Shown here one piece after another: positions 8,342 through 17,500 of a DNA stretch of 34,365 bases. Positions within the stretch are counted from its first letter, which is position 1. Each line of letters opens with the position of its first letter. The position numbers were made by a program, and so were the translations under genes. The stretch comes from a virus (taxonomy: Duplodnaviria > Caudoviricetes). Below the pieces are notes generated by a model. It was not told where the DNA came from, did no database searches, and saw nothing but the letters and a program-made list of their open reading frames with translations. The stretch spans positions 1 to 34,365 of the IMG/VR virus record IMGVR_UViG_3300032270_000715; one strand, written 5' to 3'.

Positions 8342-10555
8342 ATGGCTTATTCCTACAACGTTTACACGGGCAACGGGTCGACCACCCAGTTCACCATTGG
8401 CTTCCCGTACATCCGGCGGGAGCACGTCAAGGTCTACGTGGCGTTTGTGGACACGGCGTACACGTACGTCAACAACACCACCGTGCAGCTGGCGACAGCG
8501 CCCACGGCTGGCCAACGGGTCGAGGTGCGTCGTGTGACGCCCGTGGCCAGCGTCCTGGTGGACTTTGCCGACGGGTCGACCCTGGTCTCTGCTGACCTGG
8601 ATACCGCCAACCTGCAGCACCTGTATCTGGAGCAGGAACTGGATGACTACAGCAAGCAAACGATCTCCATTGATCCAGCGACAGGCCTGCTGACGGCCAG
8701 TGGACAGCGGATCACCAACGTCGGCACCCCGGTCAACGACGCGGACGCGGTCACCAAGGACTACGTCGACTCTCGCTACGGCGAACTTGGTGTGCCCGGC
8801 TTGACCCGTTGGCGCAAGATTGCCACTGCTGGCCAAACAGTGTTCTCAGGTCTTGGCACGGACGGTGGCACTCTTGCGTACTCGGCCAGCCGGGAATCCG
8901 TTTTCATCAATGGTGCGTTTCAGCAACGAGGTGTTGACTACACAGCGGACAACGGCACGTCCATCACTGTCACCCCGGCCTTGCTTGTCGGCGACGTCGT
9001 CGAAGTTCATTGCGTCAACAACGTTGCTGGTGGGATCACTGATCAGGCCAGTGGCCTTTACTTCACCCAGAGCGGGACTGGTGCAGCGGTAAGGACCATT
9101 GATTCCAAGCTTAAGGACGTTGTGTCTGTTAAAGACTTTGGGGCAGTTGGTAATGGCATTGCTGATGACACGGTTGCTATTCAAGCGGCTATTGATTATG
9201 CCTACACACAAGCAGTTCCTATTGCTCTGACCGGGCAACCTGCTGTCTATTTTCCATCTGGACAGTATTTAATCTCATCGTCGCTGATATTGCGTGACTT
9301 TACTTGCCTCAAAGGGGCCGGAGCTAGAAGCTCAATTATTAAAGGTAGTCTCACAAACAAGTCTTTTCTGCGTGGCCCCTACGGAGAAAACCCAACATAC
9401 GGGAACAGGCTAGTGGGTTGGGAAATTAGTGATTTAGCCATTAATAATAGTTCGTTTTTGACTGGAAGTATTGGCCTAAACATGCGTGGTGTTGGCTATT
9501 CCAATGTCAGAAATGTTACTATTGCCGCAATGGATACTGCCCTTGCAACCAGCAATGAATGTTATTATGTGACTTTTAGTCAATGCGCGTTTGCTGGTAA
9601 TACAGCGGCATACTTGCAAAGCGATGGTGGGGGCAATAGTTTTAACGGTTGCCATTTTACTGCTGAAGTTAAAAGTGTAGACATTGAGTCTGGTACTTGG
9701 GATTTCTTTAGTGGAGTCATGGATCTTAACCAGGCATCCGCCACTCATGTTATTAAAATTGGTAGGGCATCTGGAATTGCAGCTGTTGCTAATCTTTTTG
9801 GAGTGTATGTTGAAGGTATATCCGTAACAACATTAACCGCTGAGATTGGAGCAACAACTTCCACGTCTGGTTTTTATGGAGTCCATCGTCATAACGTTCT
9901 TGGCGGTGTCATAAATAATGCTCCTACAGCAGCGTTTCAATGCTACATGACAACTGGTTACTTTGACATTCAAACCAGAACAAGCGAATTGCAACTAGGC
10001 GATGGAACAATTACGTCTGGTCCTAGATCCAAAATAAATTCACCAGCTGGAAACAGGGTTGATTTTTTAAGCGGTTCAACACCTGGAGCTTATGCTGATC
10101 ATTATTATCGCACAGGCTATCCACAACAAGGTATTGCTTTCCCGGTTACTCAATACTCATCAGCGGATGCCAACACATTAGACGATTACGAGGAAGGTAC
10201 ATGGACGCCTGGATTTACTAGAGATACAGTTCCTACTTTTGTTTATGGTGACAGGGTTGGTGTTTATACAAAAGTTGGTGATACAGTTACCATTAATGGT
10301 TCTATTTTTGTTTCATCAGTTAGCTCAAGTGGGGGCGGATTATGTTATATAACTGGCATCCCTTTTGCAGCAAAAACTCTTACCTCTTTTTCCGCTTCAG
10401 GACCAGTTAGTCATTTTGACATGGTTTCAGGAGGCGGTGACAGTTGCTACTTCGGCTCAGGCGGTACAACATTAGTTCTTACTAAAAATGGCGATTTTGT
10501 AAATAATACTTTTATATCCGGTCGCATTTATTTTAGTATTGTCTATAAAGTATAA
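8342..10555 (+). CDS. Tail fibre/tailspike 1 (T7 gp17-like N-terminal anchor plus pectate-lyase-like beta-helix)
   Basis: N-terminus YTGNGSTTQFTIGFPYIRREHVKVYV...VDFADGSTL is the T7 tail fibre anchor. VSVKDFGAVGNGIADDTVAIQAAID...VYFPSGQYLI marks the start of the beta-helix. The C-terminal domain starts LDDYEEGTWTP. Confidence 0.9.
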   Translation: MAYSYNVYTGNGSTTQFTIGFPYIRREHVKVYVAFVDTAYTYVNNTTVQLATAPTAGQRVEVRRVTPVASVLVDFADGSTLVSADLDTANLQHLYLEQELDDYSKQTISIDPATGLLTASGQRITNVGTPVNDADAVTKDYVDSRYGELGVPGLTRWRKIATAGQTVFSGLGTDGGTLAYSASRESVFINGAFQQRGVDYTADNGTSITVTPALLVGDVVEVHCVNNVAGGITDQASGLYFTQSGTGAAVRTIDSKLKDVVSVKDFGAVGNGIADDTVAIQAAIDYAYTQAVPIALTGQPAVYFPSGQYLISSSLILRDFTCLKGAGARSSIIKGSLTNKSFLRGPYGENPTYGNRLVGWEISDLAINNSSFLTGSIGLNMRGVGYSNVRNVTIAAMDTALATSNECYYVTFSQCAFAGNTAAYLQSDGGGNSFNGCHFTAEVKSVDIESGTWDFFSGVMDLNQASATHVIKIGRASGIAAVANLFGVYVEGISVTTLTAEIGATTSTSGFYGVHRHNVLGGVINNAPTAAFQCYMTTGYFDIQTRTSELQLGDGTITSGPRSKINSPAGNRVDFLSGSTPGAYADHYYRTGYPQQGIAFPVTQYSSADANTLDDYEEGTWTPGFTRDTVPTFVYGDRVGVYTKVGDTVTINGSIFVSSVSSSGGGLCYITGIPFAAKTLTSFSASGPVSHFDMVSGGGDSCYFGSGGTTLVLTKNGDFVNNTFISGRIYFSIVYKV

Positions 10556-10576
10556 ACTTTATTCAATTAAATTTAC

Positions 10577-10635
10577 AAGCCCGCAACTTGGCTTAAAACT
10601 ACCCACAAACCTGTTTCATCTGGAGGATGATCCTA
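10577..10635 (+). promoter_or_regulatory. Structured leader with the Shine-Dalgarno sequence inside a hairpin
   Basis: AAGCC(8-nt loop)GGCTT at 10577-10594. TCATC-TGGAG-GATGA at 10616-10630 encloses GGAGG, 9 nt before the ATG at 10636. Confidence 0.4.
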
Positions 10636-10908
10636 ATGGCTACTTTTATTGAACGTCAAGAGCATAAGATTGAAATTACTCCGCCTTATTCAATCATCCA
10701 CTGTCGTCGCAGTGACATCATTGAAAAAGATGGCGTTGAAGTCGGACGCACCTACCACCGACATGTCCGTGTTCCTGGTAATGACGTGAGTTCTGATTGC
10801 TCGGAACTACAAGCAGTAGCTGCTGCCTTGTGGACGCCAGAGGTAATTGAGGCATACCAAAATAGTCTTATGGCTGCTACGTTGCCCCTATCTGCTGAGG
10901 TGGCTTGA
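10636..10908 (+). CDS. Small tail-fibre-associated protein (paralog 1)
   Basis: GGAGG precedes ATG 10636. Motifs IIEKDGVEVGRTYHRHV..PG.DVS and AALWTPEVI are shared with the 12314 ORF. The stop overlaps the next ATG (TGATG). Confidence 0.75.
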   Translation: MATFIERQEHKIEITPPYSIIHCRRSDIIEKDGVEVGRTYHRHVRVPGNDVSSDCSELQAVAAALWTPEVIEAYQNSLMAATLPLSAEVA

Positions 10909-12308
10909 TGACCAAACCACGCGATCTAGCCACCCTTGGTGGTGGCTTTACTCAATCAGGAACAGGCGCGATCCAGCGGACTGTTGAGAATAAGCTGAAG
11001 GATACGATCCACGTCAAAGACTTCGGCGCAATAGGCAATGGCGTTGCCGATGACACGGCAGCTATTCAAGCTGCTATTACCGCAGCTGCTGGTAAAACAC
11101 TGGTTTTTGATGCTGTCACCTACAAGACCACTTCAACGCTGACCATTTCTAGTCACGGGACAAGGCTGCACTGCCGCGATGCAACTATTGATTATTACGG
11201 AACAGCTGCTGCCATCGCATTTGGACTGGTCAGCGGCACGACGTATCCGGTGGAAGTTGAGTTCCATAACTTAAACATCAACGTCAATAACGGGCCGTCG
11301 TCTACCGGCATCCAAGTAAGAACTTCCTATAGCCGCTATTACGACGTAGGCATTTCGCTTAAAAGTGGGGCCATAAGTGCAAAAGGTTTTGTTCTTGTGG
11401 GTGATGAAGCCAACGGAACTGGCCCTTATTATAATTTATTTCAAGGCTGCGTCGTCCAAAGCCAATCTTCTGGCACAGACCACGTTGGATTTCAGTGTTC
11501 AACGCAGGCCCCACTTTATCGGGCACCTAACGCCAACACTTGGATTGGTGGCCGTATCGGGCAATGTGCAACTGGCTTTCTAATTGCTGGTGGCGGGAAC
11601 ACGTTTTTCCATCCAACAGTAGAAAACGCACCTGCCACAGGCGTAGCCTTTGATTTTGTTGGGCCCATTGCTTCTAATTGCACAAATAATAATGTCTTTG
11701 GTGGTTATATAGAAAATGCCAGCATTGCTTTTCGTTTTAACTCACTTACAAACGTTAATGGTGTATTCAATCCTTTCGTTACCGGAGCCTCAACATTTAT
11801 TTCTGACTCTGGCACTGAGAACCTTTACATCACTGGCAATGCCCCGTCGCGTCTTTCCACTGGAGTCAAGTTTGGCTCTTTAAGCAGCGACGCAAGTGTT
11901 CTTGATTATTACGAAGAGGGAACATGGACTCCAACATTAGTTGGTAGCACTACTGCTGGCAGTTACACAATTACGACCACCACAGCTAAGTACACACGCA
12001 TTGGCAGGTTGGTGCATGTTTCTGCCCAGATGGCAATTACTATCAATTCAGCCGGTACTGGCACTGCTAGATTTGGCGGGCTTCCTTTTGCTAAGGGCAG
12101 TGCCACTGTTGTAAGTGGTAGCACATATCTTACTAATTTTACTCTACCGGCAGGTAATAGTGGTGTGGCAGTAAGTTCTTGGACAACTAGCGTTGACTCT
12201 ACTTTTTATCTTGTGGCAACACGTTCAGCCACTTCTGCTTATGATGTGCTGTGCTCCGACATCAATTCTGGAGCATCAGTTGTCGTAAACTTTTCCTACA
12301 CCGTTTAA
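10908..12308 (+). CDS. Tail fibre/tailspike 2 (beta-helix, no T7 anchor domain)
   Basis: FTQSGTGAIQRTVENKLKDTIHVKDFGAIGNGVADDTAAIQAAI is paralogous to fibre 1 from residue 241. The C-terminal domain begins LDYYEEGTWTP. Confidence 0.85.
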   Translation: MTKPRDLATLGGGFTQSGTGAIQRTVENKLKDTIHVKDFGAIGNGVADDTAAIQAAITAAAGKTLVFDAVTYKTTSTLTISSHGTRLHCRDATIDYYGTAAAIAFGLVSGTTYPVEVEFHNLNINVNNGPSSTGIQVRTSYSRYYDVGISLKSGAISAKGFVLVGDEANGTGPYYNLFQGCVVQSQSSGTDHVGFQCSTQAPLYRAPNANTWIGGRIGQCATGFLIAGGGNTFFHPTVENAPATGVAFDFVGPIASNCTNNNVFGGYIENASIAFRFNSLTNVNGVFNPFVTGASTFISDSGTENLYITGNAPSRLSTGVKFGSLSSDASVLDYYEEGTWTPTLVGSTTAGSYTITTTTAKYTRIGRLVHVSAQMAITINSAGTGTARFGGLPFAKGSATVVSGSTYLTNFTLPAGNSGVAVSSWTTSVDSTFYLVATRSATSAYDVLCSDINSGASVVVNFSYTV

Positions 12309-12313
12309 GCACC

Positions 12314-12535
12314 ATGAACATTGACCTGATTGAACTTGTTGAAGGCGGCCTGGTGCAGGTGCGCTTGACTGAACCCGTCATCAAAGATGGCGAAATGGTC
12401 GGCCAAAAATACCACCGTTCTACGTTTTACCCTGGTCAAGATGTGACCGATCAGCTGGAAGCGGTGCAAGCGTTTTGCTCAGAAGCCTGGACGCCTGAAG
12501 TAATTTCCCTTTATGAAACCAATCTGAACGGCTAA
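12314..12535 (+). CDS. Small tail-fibre-associated protein (paralog 2)
   Basis: The ATG is 5 nt after the fibre 2 stop. VIKDGEMVGQKYHRSTFYPGQDVT...EAWTPEVI aligns with the 10636 protein. Confidence 0.75.
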   Translation: MNIDLIELVEGGLVQVRLTEPVIKDGEMVGQKYHRSTFYPGQDVTDQLEAVQAFCSEAWTPEVISLYETNLNG

Positions 12536-12537
12536 CC

Positions 12538-12669
12538 GTGGCCAAACCTAAAACCTCCCCAACCAAGACGACCCACGTCCCAGGGGCACCGAAGAAGACC
12601 CACCAGGGTCAAGGCCTTCGGTCCAAGCCAAGCCACGGGCGCAAAAAAACCCGTGGCCAGGGGCGCTAA
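12538..12669 (+). CDS. Small basic protein (43 aa)
   Basis: GTG start 2 nt after the previous stop. MAKPKTSPTKTTHVPGAPKKTHQGQGLRSKPSHGRKKTRGQGR is a K/R-rich type ending in RGQGR that I recall from cyanophages. It is below the ORF-track cutoff. Confidence 0.6.
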   Translation: MAKPKTSPTKTTHVPGAPKKTHQGQGLRSKPSHGRKKTRGQGR

Positions 12670-12709
12670 TGGACTAAGTCCGTTACGCTGCAAACGCAGC
12701 AGAGCAACT

Positions 12710-13858
12710 GTGGCCCTCGACGACAAGCTATTCACCTGTCGCCGATTGCGGCATTGCCGGGAGAAATTACCGGCAATGGACATGCTGCGCGACGCGGACA
12801 GCGGTCGGTTGTTCTGCAAGTCGGGCATGTGCCCCAACGGCAAAAACCGCAGCACCGCGGATCTAATCGACCTCCAAGTCGAGATCCGGAAGCTGCGAAC
12901 AGACCTGCGGGGCCAGACCCTTGAGAAGGAAAAGCTACTAACCCACGTCGAAAACCTTCGGGAACGACTGGCCATTGCCCTGGACATCAAAGACGTTGAG
13001 AACGTCAAGCCAATCACCGGATCGGCCTCTGGCGCCCGCAGCGAGTCCGTTCCGATCCTGCTGTGCACCGACTGGCACTGCGGTGCTGTGGTCAAACCAG
13101 AGACCGTCAACAACCTGAACGAGTACGACGTCGACATATTCCACGTCCGGGCCAGCACGTTGTTCGTCAATGCCCTCAAGGTCGTTGAGATGGTGCGATC
13201 GACCTGCGACGTGAACAAGATGGTCGTGTTCCTGGGCGGGGACCTGATCGACAACTGGTTGCATCCGGAGCAGATCCAGCTCCAGGAGCTCAGCCCGACC
13301 CAGCAGATCATCGAGTGCGAAAAGGCCATCATCAGGGGCCTGGATTACCTGTTGGCCAACGGCGGCTTCAACAAAATCACAGTCCCCTGCTGCTACGGCA
13401 ACCATGGCCGGACCACGATGAAGATGCAGGCCGACAACGCCCATGCCACCTCATACGAGTGGCTGATGTACCAAAGCTTGCAACGCCACTACAGCAAAAA
13501 CGACAAGGTCCAGTTCATTGTGTCCAGCGGAAACACCTTGTACGTCGAGGTGCTTGGCCAAACTTTGCGTTTTCTGCATGGTGACGCCATCAAGTATGGG
13601 GGTGGCGTCGGTGGAATCACCGTTCCGTTGACCAAATACATCTACCGACAGGACGTCGGGATCCGTGCTGACCACACGTTCCTGGGCCATTTCCATACGC
13701 TGACCAACGGGTCCGGCTGGACGGTGAACGGCAGCTTGATTGGGCCCACTGCGTACGGATTAAAGCTTGGCTTCCCCCCTGAGCGCCCCCAGCAAGGAAT
13801 GAAGGTGATCGACAGCAAGCGGGGCTTCACGATCAGTACCCCAATCCTGACCGATTAG
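12710..13858 (+). CDS. Calcineurin-like metallophosphoesterase with N-terminal Cys4 segment and coiled coil (start uncertain: 12653, 12710 or 12776)
   Basis: All five family motifs are present: TDWH, GGDLID, GNHG, HGD, GHFH. Upstream are CRRLRHC...CKSGMC and a heptad-like stretch LQVEIRKLRTDL...LRERL. Confidence 0.85.
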   Translation: MALDDKLFTCRRLRHCREKLPAMDMLRDADSGRLFCKSGMCPNGKNRSTADLIDLQVEIRKLRTDLRGQTLEKEKLLTHVENLRERLAIALDIKDVENVKPITGSASGARSESVPILLCTDWHCGAVVKPETVNNLNEYDVDIFHVRASTLFVNALKVVEMVRSTCDVNKMVVFLGGDLIDNWLHPEQIQLQELSPTQQIIECEKAIIRGLDYLLANGGFNKITVPCCYGNHGRTTMKMQADNAHATSYEWLMYQSLQRHYSKNDKVQFIVSSGNTLYVEVLGQTLRFLHGDAIKYGGGVGGITVPLTKYIYRQDVGIRADHTFLGHFHTLTNGSGWTVNGSLIGPTAYGLKLGFPPERPQQGMKVIDSKRGFTISTPILTD

Positions 13859-13898
13859 GTACAGTGGGCCAGCAGACCGCTTGCAGCACATCAGAGCC

Positions 13899-14156
13899 AT
13901 GATTGAAGTCATTGCGGCTCTCGTTGGTGCCGCTTTTACAGCAGCGGTCATGGGCACCAGCACCGTAATACGCGGTAACACCAACAACAGGGAGGTGGTG
14001 ACCCGCTTGACCGTGGCTGTGGAGAACGTGGCCACCAGGCTTGAAGAACTGCACGTCGACATCAAGGCTGATCGCAAGGAAACGTTTACCAGGCTCAATT
14101 CCGTGGAGCAACGGGTGGCCACGCTTGAAGCCAGAACCCAAATTCATCGCGCATGA
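13899..14156 (+). CDS. Small membrane-anchored coiled-coil protein (possible holin or lysis protein)
   Basis: Hydrophobic N-terminus MIEVIAALVGAAFTAAV followed by a coiled-coil-like stretch; the function is inferred from position. Confidence 0.55.
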   Translation: MIEVIAALVGAAFTAAVMGTSTVIRGNTNNREVVTRLTVAVENVATRLEELHVDIKADRKETFTRLNSVEQRVATLEARTQIHRA

Positions 14157-14398
14157 ACCCGATCGAACAGAGCCTTGAGCTCGAGCTCAGCGAAGAGCGA
14201 GTTCAGCGCACGTTGCTGGAGTTGTACGAGGACGAAGACTGGTCAGGATTGCTGGCCACAGCAGAGCTGCTGAACACCGCTTGGCACCACGAAGTGATGG
14301 TGACCCGGTGGCTGGCCCGGGAGGCTACTGACAACATGAACCGGCAGTGGCAAACTGCAGCCAGAATCACCCCGAACAATGGCGTTACCGATCGCTGA
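14153..14398 (+). CDS. Hypothetical protein
   Basis: ATGA overlap with the upstream gene; 81 aa, acidic and probably helical. Confidence 0.6.
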   Translation: MNPIEQSLELELSEERVQRTLLELYEDEDWSGLLATAELLNTAWHHEVMVTRWLAREATDNMNRQWQTAARITPNNGVTDR

Positions 14399-14567
14399 GT
14401 ACGTAGCTGTTGCAGTGGGCGTCCACGGCGCTGCTGTGGCCATCGTGAACCTGACCCCCACCCCCAAGGACAACGAGACCCTTGGCAAATACACCAGAAT
14501 GGTGGTCAAGCTGTACAGGGCCATCGAGATCCTGGCTGGCGTCATCACCCCGCTTGTAAAACGATGA
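14379..14567 (+). CDS. Small hydrophobic protein (holin candidate)
   Basis: YVAVAVGVHGAAVAIVNLTPTPKDN: a transmembrane-like segment followed by TPTPKD, a motif common in small phage membrane proteins. Confidence 0.6.
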   Translation: MALPIAEYVAVAVGVHGAAVAIVNLTPTPKDNETLGKYTRMVVKLYRAIEILAGVITPLVKR

Positions 14568-14725
14568 AAGGCAAGAACAAGGCCGACAAGAAGGTCTCCA
14601 AAGTCATGCGGGAGTTCAAATCCGGTGGCTTGCACAGCGGCAAGGGTGGCCCTGTGGTGAAGAATCCCCGTCAAGCCCTGGCGATTGCGCTGTCTCAGGC
14701 CGGCGTCAAGCGCAAGGGTCAGTAA
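14564..14725 (+). CDS. DUF6496-like small basic protein (53 aa)
   Basis: ATGA overlap. The sequence is MKGKNKADKKVSKVMREFKSGGLHSGKGGPVVKNPRQALAIALSQAGVKRKGQ. It is below the ORF-track cutoff. Confidence 0.75.
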   Translation: MKGKNKADKKVSKVMREFKSGGLHSGKGGPVVKNPRQALAIALSQAGVKRKGQ

Positions 14726-15288
14726 TCCCAGCGAATGCGGGGTCGCCCGGGGCGCATCCCGACGTGGATGAAGCCCTTGGGCGCTCCGTAGCCCAGTGAA
14801 TACGGCCACGCCTTGTCCGCCCAGTCTTGAAGCGTGTAAATGGAGACCCCGTCGATGTAGAAGTCGACAGCACCGGTGTCTTTGGCGTTGTAGAGGTGCT
14901 CTGACTGGCTGGCACCACCCACCTGGGCATTGATCTTGGGGGGACGGTAGCCACTGGTGATGATTGCAGGGCCACCAAAGTGGTCCCTGGCCTTCTGGAC
15001 GAACTGAGCCAGCACCAAGGCCGTGTTGCACTGATGTTGGGCCACAAACCGCCGGGCTTCTGACTGCTGGGTGAACTCCCCGTACGTCACGTTGGGGGTG
15101 AGCTTGTACGAGAACGGCGATCCGGGCTGGAATAGGCCCGCTTTGGGCTTTGGGGCCGCCCGGTACGCCTCGGCAAAGTCCTCAAGCTGCTTGGGCGTCA
15201 GGGTTTCCTGCAGGGCGTTCCAGGCCGCCAGCTGATGCGGCAGGCCTTCGTCGTGTTTAGCTGCGTCTGCGAGACGAATAGCCGACAT
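14719..15288 (-). CDS. Endolysin, peptidase M15A family
   Basis: IITSGYRPPKINAQVGGASQSEH...AVDF...FIHVG contains the Zn ligands H, D, H. The likely start is MSAIRLADAAKH at 15288. Confidence 0.85.
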   Translation of the reverse strand: MSAIRLADAAKHDEGLPHQLAAWNALQETLTPKQLEDFAEAYRAAPKPKAGLFQPGSPFSYKLTPNVTYGEFTQQSEARRFVAQHQCNTALVLAQFVQKARDHFGGPAIITSGYRPPKINAQVGGASQSEHLYNAKDTGAVDFYIDGVSIYTLQDWADKAWPYSLGYGAPKGFIHVGMRPGRPRIRWDY

Positions 15289-15547
15289 TTTTGGAAGTGA
15301 GTGGGGCCTTAGGAAAGATCTGGACGTTGTCCACCTTCCACGGGATACGTTCCCAGACATCGCAATCGGTTGCAACCTCCCAGGCCATTTCCTCGTTCTC
15401 TGCCATGACGACAGTCTGGAAAGATCCGGGCTCCATGGTGCCCCCGTAACCAATAAAGGCACCTGGCAGGCGGATTACCCAGGCTCTGGTGTTGGGCTTT
15501 TTACCGCCGGGTTCTGATCCACCCCGTGGTGGCCGGGGCCGCAGCAA
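15257..15547 (-). CDS. Hypothetical protein (start uncertain: TTG 15547 or ATG 15436)
   Basis: Fills the gap between terL and the endolysin on the same strand; globular-looking sequence RAWVIRLPG...FQTVVMAENEEMAWEVA. Confidence 0.45.
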   Translation of the reverse strand: MLRPRPPRGGSEPGGKKPNTRAWVIRLPGAFIGYGGTMEPGSFQTVVMAENEEMAWEVATDCDVWERIPWKVDNVQIFPKAPLTSKNVGYSSRRRS

Positions 15548-17225
15548 GATCTGTAAGGCTGCCGCCCAAAAGGTTTCGGTCAAGAGCTCCTTCAAGGTCA
15601 CCCATGTACGCCTGAAGCTCCAGGTCCCAGAGTTCCGATTGCCGTTCCCGGATGGCGCGGTCTTCATCGATGGCCAGCGATTCGTTCCAGTATTGAACAG
15701 CACCTGCAAGGGCGTCGAGGCGGTCATCGTGCGCTAGACAGCCACGGTCAACTGTCAGGTGAGTCAGCTGGTGGAACAACTGATACGCCAAGCGCTTTTC
15801 AACGGCCTCGTCGTCACGGGTCTTAGCGTCCCCCTCGATCACCGAACGGCTGACAATGAGCCGGTGCTGGTTCAGGACGGGCTCCAGGGCCGCAATGATG
15901 CGGCGTTCTTTCTGCACGTTGCTGCGAACGGTCTCAATGGTGCAAGGGTGTTGCACCTGTAGATACGGCTTCAGAAGGCTCTCCAGCATGCCTTGACCAA
16001 ATTGGTCCTCCAGGAGGATCAAGTTGACCTTCTGGCGCTTTGCAGCCGCTGCTAGGCCCTGCAGAACGGGTTCTGAGTACCCATCCCGGAATGCCCCGGA
16101 CTCCAGCAGAAACAAATTGCCGTTGAGGTGGGCGACGATGGCGTACGCGGTCTCGTCCAGGCCGCGGCCAGAGGGGTCAATGAACATGACGCAGCCCTGA
16201 AACGGCAACCAGGTGCCGTGGATGTAGGCCGGCCGGTAGTAATAGTCGCCACTGAATCCCACGGCCGGCAGGTCCGAGATCCGGTACTCGGCGCCAGAGC
16301 TCCACACGACCTTTTCTGGGCCGTGATCCGACACCTCAAGGACCATCAGGTCCGCCAGTTTCAACGGGAATCGCTCAGCGTCGCTAAGGCTTGTGTCCAG
16401 TTGGAACTGCAGGGCAAAGGCAGAGCGGCCGTACGACGTCTCCCGCTCCAACAGGTCCATTTCGCTGAAGCGGCCAGGGTCCGTTGGCTGGCCCACTTGG
16501 TCCAAGCAGTCCTCCAGAATTATTGGGGCCAAGTGGTCGCCGTATTTGACGGGCTTCTCGGGGTACCGGGCCGGCCAGATGCGCACCTGGTAGGCGCGTT
16601 GGGCCAGCTTGTTGTAGATCGATTCCTCGGTTTGGGGCGTGCCCAGAAACATGATCTCGCCACCGGGCTTCAGGATGGCGTTGTATTCACCCACGGCAGC
16701 CAGAAGCTTCTCCCGCATGCCGACAGACCACGACGTCGTCGGTGTCTCCACGTCGTCAGACAAGATCAAGTCGGCCCTGGACCCGGTCAACTGGCCAAAA
16801 ATACCTACCGCTTTGACCGATGGACTCTGGTCCGGGATGGCGGGCCTGACGTCAAACCGGTTTACGGCAGAGCGCTGCTCATCCCGATCCGGCTCCAAGC
16901 ACTGAAGCATCGGCATCTCCTTAATGAGACGCAGGCAGAACATGGTGAAGTCATCGGCCCGGGTTTTCGAGGCCGACACCACCATGATTTTTTTCTGGGG
17001 GTCCAGCCGCAACAACCACAGCACGTAGGCCGCGGCCATCCAGGACTTACCAACGCCCCGAAACGCCTCAACAATGCGGCGCTTGGAGCCGTGTTGCATG
17101 TAATGGGCGATGTCGAGCTGGATCGGCGTTGGATCCGGCAGGTTCAGGTGTCGCCAGACCAGGACCAGGAAGTAACGAAAGTCCGACGCAAGGGGTTCCG
17201 GGAGCCCGGTCCAGGCTGTGCTCAC
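15501..17225 (-). CDS. terL: Terminase large subunit (T7 gp19-like)
   Basis: AFRGVGKSW (Walker A), GSRADLILSDDVE (Walker B), LGTPQT, FIDPSGRGLDET and HDDRLDALA nuclease motifs. Confidence 0.97.
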   Translation of the reverse strand: MSTAWTGLPEPLASDFRYFLVLVWRHLNLPDPTPIQLDIAHYMQHGSKRRIVEAFRGVGKSWMAAAYVLWLLRLDPQKKIMVVSASKTRADDFTMFCLRLIKEMPMLQCLEPDRDEQRSAVNRFDVRPAIPDQSPSVKAVGIFGQLTGSRADLILSDDVETPTTSWSVGMREKLLAAVGEYNAILKPGGEIMFLGTPQTEESIYNKLAQRAYQVRIWPARYPEKPVKYGDHLAPIILEDCLDQVGQPTDPGRFSEMDLLERETSYGRSAFALQFQLDTSLSDAERFPLKLADLMVLEVSDHGPEKVVWSSGAEYRISDLPAVGFSGDYYYRPAYIHGTWLPFQGCVMFIDPSGRGLDETAYAIVAHLNGNLFLLESGAFRDGYSEPVLQGLAAAAKRQKVNLILLEDQFGQGMLESLLKPYLQVQHPCTIETVRSNVQKERRIIAALEPVLNQHRLIVSRSVIEGDAKTRDDEAVEKRLAYQLFHQLTHLTVDRGCLAHDDRLDALAGAVQYWNESLAIDEDRAIRERQSELWDLELQAYMGDLEGALDRNLLGGSLTDLAAAPATTGWIRTRR

Positions 17226-17500
17226 GCAAACACCCGATACGGGCCAGCAGGGGTCACCACGAACTCATCCCACCCATCGGGCAGCTCGCCAGCAAAGTTG
17301 ACGTGCCAACCATCGAGCACGGTCGGCGCAGCAATCACGTCACCGGTCTCTGGGTCGTACTCACCGCCACGGGTGATAGTGCCAACCACGTCAATGGCGT
17401 GCCCGTGGGTGTAGGCAGTCAGCGTGTCGTCAATCAGAAAACCTGCCTCAGTAGCAGCAGCGGTCCAGGCGGATTCGTCGGGGAAGCGTAGGAAGTTCAT
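17222..17500 (-). CDS. Hypothetical protein, likely partner of the head fibre
   Basis: Overlaps both neighbours by 4 nt; motif AIDVVGTI...LDGWHVN...VTPAGPYRVFA. Confidence 0.7.
   Translation of the reverse strand: MNFLRFPDESAWTAAATEAGFLIDDTLTAYTHGHAIDVVGTITRGGEYDPETGDVIAAPTVLDGWHVNFAGELPDGWDEFVVTPAGPYRVFA

Noticed and set aside
9062-11933. Diversity-generating retroelement or invertase-type tail fibre switching
   Set aside because: The repeats are diverged paralogy at protein level rather than A-specific template/variable pairs or inverted sites; no reverse transcriptase or recombinase is visible.
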